The position numbers were made by a program, and so were the translations under genes. The notes under the pieces are model-generated. The model made no database searches. It was not told where the DNA came from and saw only the letters and a list, made by a program, of their open reading frames with translations. From positions 540,001-572,000 of the forward strand of contig NC_002937.3 of the NCBI RefSeq assembly GCF_000195755.1: DNA of 32,000 nt. The letters run 5' to 3'. Source of the DNA: Nitratidesulfovibrio vulgaris str. Hildenborough (GTDB taxonomy: Bacteria; Desulfobacterota; Desulfovibrionia; Desulfovibrionales; Desulfovibrionaceae). Shown piece by piece: positions 17,884 to 25,279 of the stretch (position 1 is its first letter; each line of letters opens with the position of its first letter).

Positions 17884-18217
17884 TACGGCGTCGAGAAAAT
17901 ACCTGGGACGGACAAGAAGGGCATCGCCTTCAGGGGTTTGGTCTGGCGGCCTGGTCTGGTGACACGGGATACTGCCGAGGGGCGGCATACCGCAATGCGC
18001 GCTGTGACACCGAGGGTTTGCATGGCGGTCACAGCTGCGTTGCCGTGGCCTCTCGTGCATGCGGCACTGGTCGCTGAAAGCGGGCCGGTGTCTCATGTCC
18101 ACGGGTCAGCGTCCTGCAGGTAGGTGCGCGTCCCCCGAAGTCCGCAGTCCAATGCCCGCAGTCCGGAGTCTGTAGCCCGGAAGCCTGAAGTGTGGGGCCT
18201 GAAGAGTGAGTGAGGGC

Positions 18218-19487
18218 TCAGGGATTCTCGTCGTTACGCAGGACGCGTGCAGCCCAGAGAAGCGACTGGGCATGGAAACGTGCCGCCTGCCCCTGCGACA
18301 GCCCCAGCGATGCCAGGATGCTGTCCGCCATCGTCCAGTCGGCCTTCTCAAGGGCTGTGGCAAGGTGCAGCCACTGTGCCGGGATGCAGTCGTCACTCCT
18401 GATTTCGCAGGTCCCGCACAGCGCAGATGCGATGTCGTCGTCCAGCGGCAGTCTCTCCACGACTTCGGACATGCTCATGCCCAGCAGGGCGTCCAGACCG
18501 CTGAGAAGCCCCATCAGGAACATGGCATCGGGCTGGCGGCGCGTCGCCGCCGGGGCCTCGGACTGTGCCAGTTCAAGGAAGCGCGCGCCGCACGGCGACG
18601 AAGGTCAGTTCGTGCCCTTTGGCGCCCTTCGCCGCATCGGACAGCAGCACCGCCAGCAGCCATGTGCGCGTGGGCCTCTCGCCCAGCAGCAGCACGGCAT
18701 GTTCGACAGAGGACACGGTGCGGGTCAGCCCGTACCATGCCGAGTTGATGTGCCGCAGCAGCCTGTATGAGAGACCGGGGTCGGTGCCGATGGTGCGCCC
18801 CAGTTTGCGTGGTTCGGCGGGGCCGCTGAGTTGGGGCAGAAGCCGCACCAGCGTGCTTTGCGCCACCGACGGCTTGCGCCCCGGAACCACTTCGGGGCGG
18901 GCGAAGAAGAAACCCTGGAAGAGCGTGAAGCCGAGGTCGAGACACCTGTGGAACATGGCGTTGTCTTCGACCTTCTCAGCCAGAAGCTGTGCACCTCGCC
19001 GATGCAGGCTGGCGACCAGCGCAGGGAGGTCGTCCGGGGGCACGGCAAGCACGTCCACCTTGATGATGTCGGCGAGTTCAAGCAGGGCTTCATTACCGGG
19101 CTGCCCCACGAAGTCGTCGAGGGCAAGGGTGTAGCCACGGGCCTTGAGCAGCTGAAGCCGTTCGAGCACTTCAGGTGTGGGGTGCACCGTCTCCAGAATC
19201 TCCGGGATGCAGACTTCGGCGGGCAGGGCTGTCACGTATTCCTCTTCCAGCAGCCCCTGCGGCATGTTCACCAGCATGTACTGGCCCGGCAGCATGGCTT
19301 CCAGCGCAAGGGCGAAACCGTCTGCGATGACCGACGCGGTGGCCCTGTCAGGGTCATCGATGCGGGCATGGCGCGCTTCTTCGCTGTCCCGGAAGAGCAG
19401 TTCGTGTCCCCACAGGTTCATGCGCCCGTCGAAGACGGGTTGTCTGGCTATGAATATGGGGCTGTATCCGCTTTCCGTTTCCTGCAT
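18218..19487 (-). pseudogene. EAL-HDOD (COG3434-type) c-di-GMP signalling protein, interrupted by a frameshift near 18576-18589
   Basis: ORF 18573..19487 carries the EAL part (IARQPVFD...GHELLFR) and the start of HDOD. ORF 18218..18523 carries the rest of HDOD. The second frame is open upstream of its ATG and reads ...GARFLELAQSEAPAATRRQPDAMFLMGLLSGLDALL, joining the first frame (…FVAVRRALP*) at a GCGCGCGC run. Confidence 0.8.
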
Positions 19488-19821
19488 GGAGCCTTCCTAT
19501 TCTTTTATGATAGCTGCGGGACCCCATGTCGTAAAGTAGGGCAAACCCTTCTGGAGGCATCGCCCGATAGTGGTGTAGCCTCATGCCGGAAGGGTATGCC
19601 TCTATGAGTGGTCTGCCCTGAAACGGCAACGGGTCGTGTGGTAGACGGCTGACTGCGCCCGGACTGGTCGCGTCCCTGCCGGGTGCGCCTGACATGTCCG
19701 ATGGAGGGCCCCGCATGGGTCGCTACGTCGCGTGATGCCACGAGTGTCACGAACGGCCGAGGGTTGTTGCCCTCGGCATGGTTTACGCATATAGCGATTT
19801 CTCTGCACTTCAGGAGAACGC

Positions 19822-21027
19822 ATGCTGAAGAAGATAGGAACCGTGGAACTCAAGCCGGGCATGTTCGTCGTCGATACGGGCATCTCATGGCTCGAGAATC
19901 CCTATCTCTATGCGCACGAAGGACTTGTCGGGTCAGAGAGTGACGTGCGCCGCATCCGTGACGAAGGATACCTCGAAGTCTTCATCGACACACGGCGCAG
20001 TCTTTTCGGGCGCGACCCGGACGGCGTCTCCGACGAGGAGATTCTCTCGGGTGCCCTCCAGCAGCTTGAAGACCCCGGCGTCCTCGAACCGCAGGTCCCG
20101 GTTGCGGAGGAGATGCGCAAGGCGACGGTGCTGTACGATACGACCGTGCGCTATGCCCGCGGCATCATGGACGAGATGCGCGACAAGGGCGTTGTCGACA
20201 TGAGCGAGGCCGAACCGCTGGTCGACAGCATGCTGGGCAGCATAACGCGCAACACCAATGCGCTGGTAGGTCTCGCCAAGCTGCGCAACGTCGATGAGTA
20301 CACCTATACCCACTGCATCAACGTGGGGCTACTGAGCATGGTCTTCGGGCGACATCTCGGTTTCGGGCCGGTGACGCTCGCCCGTCTCGGGCTTGCCGGA
20401 CTCTTCCACGACCTCGGCAAGGCGCGCATCCCCGACGACATCCTGAAATCCCCCAGAAGGCTGTCTCCTGACGAGTTCGAAGTGATGAAGGGGCATCCGG
20501 GCATCGGCTTCGAGTACATGCGCGAACGGGGCGGCGTCCCCGAAGAGGTGCTTGAAGGCGTCTACGAGCATCACGAAAAGCACAACGGGCTTGGCTACCC
20601 GCGCGGGCTGCGGGGTGAGCAGATAAGCGTGGCGGGGCGCATACTTGCCGTGGTGGATGTGTACGACGCGCTGACAAGCAGGCGCGTGTACAAGGAACCC
20701 ATGCTGCCCCACAAGGCACTGTCGCTCATGTATGGCATGCGCGGGCAGGATTTCTCGCCCGGTCTTGTCGAGCGATTCATCCGGTGCCTTGGCATCTACC
20801 CTGTGGGCAGCGTCGTCGAACTCAATACCGGTCAGCGCTGCGTGGTGAGCGAAGCCAACTTGCGCAACCCGCTGCAGCCACGGGTGCTCATCGTGCACGA
20901 TTCGAAGGGCAGGCCTTGTTCGCCTCGTCCTCTCGACCTTGCGGGGCAGACGGCGGTGCGCATCGCCACCTGCCTCGACCCCGTCGGAGTGGGCATCGAC
21001 CCCGGACGCGCCCTCGGCGCGATGTGA
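19822..21027 (+). CDS. HD-GYP domain c-di-GMP phosphodiesterase with an N-terminal DUF3391-like region
   Basis: HDLGKARIPDDIL, GHP and HHEKHNGLGYPRGL motifs are present. The N-terminus MLKKIGTVELKPGMFVVD is typical of DUF3391. AGGAGA RBS. Confidence 0.88.
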   Translation: MLKKIGTVELKPGMFVVDTGISWLENPYLYAHEGLVGSESDVRRIRDEGYLEVFIDTRRSLFGRDPDGVSDEEILSGALQQLEDPGVLEPQVPVAEEMRKATVLYDTTVRYARGIMDEMRDKGVVDMSEAEPLVDSMLGSITRNTNALVGLAKLRNVDEYTYTHCINVGLLSMVFGRHLGFGPVTLARLGLAGLFHDLGKARIPDDILKSPRRLSPDEFEVMKGHPGIGFEYMRERGGVPEEVLEGVYEHHEKHNGLGYPRGLRGEQISVAGRILAVVDVYDALTSRRVYKEPMLPHKALSLMYGMRGQDFSPGLVERFIRCLGIYPVGSVVELNTGQRCVVSEANLRNPLQPRVLIVHDSKGRPCSPRPLDLAGQTAVRIATCLDPVGVGIDPGRALGAM

Positions 21028-21080
21028 GACGGGCGTGCCCTTGGCGTGATGTAAGACAGCGCGCCCTCGGTGCTGGGCGA
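21008..21080 (+). repeat. About 27-nt tandem repeat (2 good copies plus a degenerate third) spanning the HD-GYP stop codon
   Basis: GCGCCCTCGGCGCGATGTGAGAC, then GCGTGCCCTTGGCGTGATGTAAGAC, then GCGCGCCCTCGGTGCTGGGCG. The first two units are in frame and each ends ATG-stop (TGA, then TAA). Confidence 0.7.
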
Positions 21081-21157
21081 ATCGGACGCAGTCATGGCGT
21101 AACGTCATGACGAAGCTCAAGGGCAATCTGTCTGCATGGCGGTGCGGGAGAATCTTG

Positions 21158-21201
21158 CATGACAAAGGGGCGCTCCCGGTCGGGAGCGCCCCTTTGTCAT
21201 G
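21158..21201. terminator. Perfect 20-bp-stem palindrome; bidirectional terminator between HD-GYP and argC
   Basis: CATGACAAAGGGGCGCTCCC-GGTC-GGGAGCGCCCCTTTGTCATG. Confidence 0.8.
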
Positions 21202-21262
21202 TGTGATGTGTTCCGTGGCCGGGTCAGCCTACAGTCGCGTTGGCGGGTAGCGGGTCAACGGG

Positions 21263-22330
21263 TCAGGGCATGAGGGGGGCAAGCCTGAGTCCGGCATCCA
21301 CCGGAAGGCCCAGCATGATGTTGGCGTTGGCCACTGCCTGTCCGGATGCCCCGCGGCACAGGTTGTCGATGGCAGAGACGACGATGAGGCGCCCCGTCCG
21401 GGGGTCGACGACGAGGCCGATGTCGCAGAACATGGTGCCCTTCACGTGACGCGTCTCGGGCAGGCGTCCCTTGGGCAGCAGCCGTACCCATCCGCCCCGC
21501 GTCTGGTGCGCGGCCCAGTAGTCGGCGTACATGGCATGCACCGTATCGAGGTCGAGCGGTTTCTTCATGCGCAGGTACATGGTGGAGAGGATGCCACGGT
21601 CGATGGGCAGCAGGTGCGTATTGAACGACACCGTGAGCGCCTCGCCCGCGATGACCGAGAGCTCCTGCTCTATCTCCGGGGTATGGCGGTGTTTGCCAAG
21701 GTTATAGGCCTTGAACGAGTCGTGCACTTCGCAGAAGAGCGAACCCACAGCGGCCTTGCGACCGGCGCCCGACGCGCCCGACTTGGCGTCGATGACGATG
21801 TCGTCGCGGTGGACGATGTCGGTGTCCAGCGCCGCGGCAAGGCCGAGGATGACCGAGGTGGGGTAGCAGCCGGGGTTGGCTACAAGCCCTGCCTGAGCCA
21901 CATCCTTGCCGTAGAGTTCGGGCAGACCGTACACGGCTTCGGGCAGAAGCCCCTTGCGGGTGTGGTCTGTGCGGTACCAGCTTTCGTACACAGTGACATC
22001 GCGCAGGCGGAAGTCGGCAGAAAGGTCGACGACGCGCAATCCGCGTTCGCGCAACGAGGCGGCCATCTCCATGGCAGCGCCATGCGGGACGGCGAGAAAG
22101 GCGATGTCGCACGAGGCGGCGATGACGTCGGGGTCGGGCGCGACGATGGTGATGTCGCCGCCCGGCAACCCGATGAGGAAGGGGTAGATGTCGTCGAGTC
22201 GTCTGCCTGCTTCGGCGCGCGAGGTGGCGAGCACAAGCCGCATGGCGGGGTGCCCAGCCAGAAGCCGGGCCAGTTCCATGCCCGTATACCCCGTGACGCC
22301 CACCAGTCCGGCGCGGATGGTCTGCATCAT
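21263..22330 (-). CDS. argC: N-acetyl-gamma-glutamyl-phosphate reductase
   Basis: AGLVGVTGYTGMELARLL, NPGCYPT (catalytic Cys) and AIDNLCRGASGQAV motifs. The start is ATG 22330 or ATG 22327. Confidence 0.92.
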   Translation of the reverse strand: MMQTIRAGLVGVTGYTGMELARLLAGHPAMRLVLATSRAEAGRRLDDIYPFLIGLPGGDITIVAPDPDVIAASCDIAFLAVPHGAAMEMAASLRERGLRVVDLSADFRLRDVTVYESWYRTDHTRKGLLPEAVYGLPELYGKDVAQAGLVANPGCYPTSVILGLAAALDTDIVHRDDIVIDAKSGASGAGRKAAVGSLFCEVHDSFKAYNLGKHRHTPEIEQELSVIAGEALTVSFNTHLLPIDRGILSTMYLRMKKPLDLDTVHAMYADYWAAHQTRGGWVRLLPKGRLPETRHVKGTMFCDIGLVVDPRTGRLIVVSAIDNLCRGASGQAVANANIMLGLPVDAGLRLAPLMP

Positions 22331-22336
22331 CGTCTC

Positions 22337-22645
22337 CTATTTCGCCTTCACGACGTATTTCATGCGCAGTTCGTAGAGGATGCCGTCGAGAAGGCGGCGC
22401 TCGTCGTCGTCGATGCAGGCGCGGGTCTTGTCCTGCAGCATGGTCAGCACGTCGATGGTGTGCTTGCCCATGAGCAGGTTCTCGGAGATGCGGCCCGTAT
22501 CAGGGTCGGGCACCTCGCCCAGTTGTACCAGCGCCGACGAAGCCAGCGAGAGGATGAACGTGGAAAAGGTGACCTGCGGCATCTGCGGGGTCGCGTCGCC
22601 CCTTGCACCGCCGCAACCGCAACCGCTCTTTCCTTCATCGGTCAT
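22337..22645 (-). CDS. DUF1844 domain-containing protein
   Basis: The 102 aa product reads MTDEGKSG...FSTFILSLASSALVQLGEVPDPDTGR...LLDGILYELRMKYV. A GGAGG RBS precedes ATG 22645. The rest of track ORF 22337..23080 is an Arg/Gly-rich extension overlapping the aminotransferase gene. Confidence 0.8.
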   Translation of the reverse strand: MTDEGKSGCGCGGARGDATPQMPQVTFSTFILSLASSALVQLGEVPDPDTGRISENLLMGKHTIDVLTMLQDKTRACIDDDERRLLDGILYELRMKYVVKAK

Positions 22646-22710
22646 ATAGGTAGTCCTCCGTTGCGTGTGGCGGGTGCGTCGTGCCTTGCCCGCCGTCCTG
22701 TCACGATGTC

Positions 22711-23880
22711 CTAGACCGGAGTACCCGGCGCCACCTGCAATGCCGCCTCGTAGGCGGCAAGCCCCGTCTCGATGTAGTCGCGCGCGCCCACATAGGCCCC
22801 GCAGGTGCGCAGACCAGAGGCCACGGCATGCAGCCCTGCCACAATGTCTGCCCAGTCCACCCAGCCCATATGGCCGATGCGGAGGATGCGTCCCTTGAGG
22901 TGGTCCTGACCGCCCGCCATGACGACGCCATGGTTGTCGGCGGCGACCTGCAACAGCCGGGTGCCGTCCACACCCGCGGGCAGCATCACGCTGGTGAGAC
23001 CCCATGTGAAGCGTTCCGGTGCCAGCGGGGCGAGGCCGAGGGCCGCCGTGCCCGCGCGGGCGAGCATGGTGAGTGCCCACTGCTTGCGGTACACGGTCTC
23101 AAGCCCGGCTTCAAGGAACATGTCGAGGCTCTCGCCAAGGCCCACGATGAGGCTGACGGGCGTGGTGAAGAGGGTCTGTCCCTTCTCGCAGTTGGCGCGT
23201 TCGCCGGGCAGGTTGAAGTAGAAGCATGAGGGGGCCACCGTGTCGGCCTTGCGCCACGCCCTTTCGGAGAGCGCGATGAGCGCGAGGCCGGGGGGCAGCA
23301 TCAGTCCCTTCTGCGAACCCGTGAGCAGACAGTCCACGCCCCATTCGTCCATGGGGCAGGGCGAGATGCCCACGGCGGAGATGCCGTCGGCCACCAGCAG
23401 CACGTCGCGCTTGCGGGTGACGGCGGCGATGCCCCGTACAGGGTGCAATACGCCCGTGGAGGTCTCGGAAAGCTGCATCAGCACGCCCTTGGCGTCCGGG
23501 TGGGCGTCGAGGGCCGCTTCGACTTCGGCAAGGGAGACGGCACGCCCCCACTCGACGACGATGGAGACCACCTCAAGACCGCGCAGGGACGCGATTTCGC
23601 GCCAGCGCTGGCCGAACTTGCCGCCTTCGACCACGATAACCTTCTCGCCGGGGACGAAGAGCCCGTGTACGGCGGCGGTCATGGCACCGCTGCCGGAACA
23701 GGCAAGCGGCAGCACCGGCTGTGAGGTGCCGAAGAGGATGCGCAACTTCTCCTGCACTTCGCCCATGAGCTTCTTGAAGGCGGGTTTGCGGTGATGGATC
23801 ATGTCCTGCGCCATGACAAGGCGCACTCGTTCAGGCAGCGGCGTGGGGCCGGGTGTGAGCAGGCGGGGTTTGTTGAGCAT
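22711..23880 (-). CDS. Class V pyridoxal-phosphate aminotransferase (serine-pyruvate / alanine-glyoxylate / phosphoserine aminotransferase-like)
   Basis: LLTPGPTPLPERV and GSQKGLMLPPG (PLP lysine context) are present; 389 aa. Confidence 0.85.
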   Translation of the reverse strand: MLNKPRLLTPGPTPLPERVRLVMAQDMIHHRKPAFKKLMGEVQEKLRILFGTSQPVLPLACSGSGAMTAAVHGLFVPGEKVIVVEGGKFGQRWREIASLRGLEVVSIVVEWGRAVSLAEVEAALDAHPDAKGVLMQLSETSTGVLHPVRGIAAVTRKRDVLLVADGISAVGISPCPMDEWGVDCLLTGSQKGLMLPPGLALIALSERAWRKADTVAPSCFYFNLPGERANCEKGQTLFTTPVSLIVGLGESLDMFLEAGLETVYRKQWALTMLARAGTAALGLAPLAPERFTWGLTSVMLPAGVDGTRLLQVAADNHGVVMAGGQDHLKGRILRIGHMGWVDWADIVAGLHAVASGLRTCGAYVGARDYIETGLAAYEAALQVAPGTPV

Positions 23881-23890
23881 CGAAGTCTCC

Positions 23891-25087
23891 TCAGGCGCGG
23901 CTTACGCGCGCGATGAAACACTTGAGGTAATCGGTCTCGGGCATGGCCGGGTGTACGGGATGATCAGGCCCCTGATGTCCCTGGAAAACGATCTGCGCCT
24001 GTGTCCTGCGGCGTCCGGCGGCGTGCAGCAGCACGCGGCGCAGGGCGTCACGGTCGAGGTGCTGTGAGCAGGAGCAGGTGACGAGCACGCCCCCGTCGGC
24101 AACGAGGTCGATGGCAAGTTCGTTGACGCGCTGGTACGCGGCAAGCCCCTGCTTCACATCCTTGCGGCGCTTGATGAAGGCGGGCGGGTCGATGCACACC
24201 ACCTCGAAGCGGCGGCCCTCGTCGCGCAGGGTGGCGAGGGTGTCGAGGGCGTCGCCGTGTACTGCGTCGGTCTCGCAGGTGGCGTTGGCCGCCGCGTTGG
24301 CGAGGGCGGCGTCCAGCGCGGGGCGCGAGGCGTCGAGAAAGGTCACCGCTACGGCCCCGGCACGCGCTGCCATGACGCCGAAGCTGCCAAGATAGCAGAA
24401 GGCGTCGAGGACGCGCGCACCCTGTGCGAATCGGGCGGCTTCGATGCGATTGCACCGCTGGTCGTAGAACCAGCCCGTCTTCTGCCCGCTGGCGAGGGGG
24501 GCGGTGAACCGTGCCCCCGACTCTTCGACGGTGACGGTCTCCGGCACGGCACCGAAGGCCGTTTCGACAACGCGGGGCAACCCTTCGAGTTCACGCGATG
24601 CCGTGTCGTTGCGCCACAGAAGGGCGGAGAGGCTCAGCATGTCCTGCAGCACCGAGGCGATGTCGTCCCGGTGCATCTCCATGCCTGCGGTGGTGATTTG
24701 CGCGGCGGCCACGTCGCCATAGCGGTCGACCACCAGACCCGGCAGAAAGTCGCCTTCGCCGAAGCACAGCCTGTAGAAGGGGACGCCGATGAGGCGTTCG
24801 CGCAGGGCGAGTGCATCTGTGAGACGACGGCGCAGCAGGTCGGGGCCCAGCGGGGCATCGGGCTTGCGACTCACCATGCGGGCGCAGATGAGCGACGCGG
24901 GGTTGACGTAGGCGGTGCCGAGGGGGCGGCCCCCGGCGTCTACGACGCAGGCGGCTTCGCCGGGGGCGAAGTCCTTGAGGGGCGTGCGGGCGACATCCAC
25001 CTCGTTGCTGAACACCCAGAGGTGTCCTACACGCAGGCGGCGGTCTTCACCGCGGCGCAGTTGCAGCTTCTTCAATTCCGGGGTCAT
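23891..25087 (-). CDS. RlmI-like class I SAM-dependent rRNA (cytosine-C5) methyltransferase with PUA domain
   Basis: MTPELKKLQLRRGEDRRLRVGHLWVFSNEV resembles the RlmI/YwbD N-terminus, and the methyltransferase core shows VLDAFCYLGSFG and DPPAF. The start at 25087 fits family N-termini; the alternative ATG 25258 would add 57 low-complexity residues. Confidence 0.8.
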   Translation of the reverse strand: MTPELKKLQLRRGEDRRLRVGHLWVFSNEVDVARTPLKDFAPGEAACVVDAGGRPLGTAYVNPASLICARMVSRKPDAPLGPDLLRRRLTDALALRERLIGVPFYRLCFGEGDFLPGLVVDRYGDVAAAQITTAGMEMHRDDIASVLQDMLSLSALLWRNDTASRELEGLPRVVETAFGAVPETVTVEESGARFTAPLASGQKTGWFYDQRCNRIEAARFAQGARVLDAFCYLGSFGVMAARAGAVAVTFLDASRPALDAALANAAANATCETDAVHGDALDTLATLRDEGRRFEVVCIDPPAFIKRRKDVKQGLAAYQRVNELAIDLVADGGVLVTCSCSQHLDRDALRRVLLHAAGRRRTQAQIVFQGHQGPDHPVHPAMPETDYLKCFIARVSRA

Positions 25088-25279
25088 GTTTCGTCCTTGT
25101 GGGCATTGGCCCTGAAAATCGTTGTACGGGGCGTCAGGCGCTGTCGCCGTGTCTGCCCAGGCGCTGTCGCCGTCGTTTGTCTGGGCGGCCATGCCGCTGT
25201 CGTTCGCACCGCTGTGCGGGGCACCGTCATCCGTCCCCATCGCGTCATGCGCCTTCACAGGTCAGACGGGCGGGTATGC

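Noticed and set aside
16567-18102. 511-aa minus-strand ORF
   Set aside because: It is antisense to the PaaK-family ligase gene.
21446-22714. 422-aa plus-strand ORF
   Set aside because: It is antisense to argC and the DUF1844 gene.
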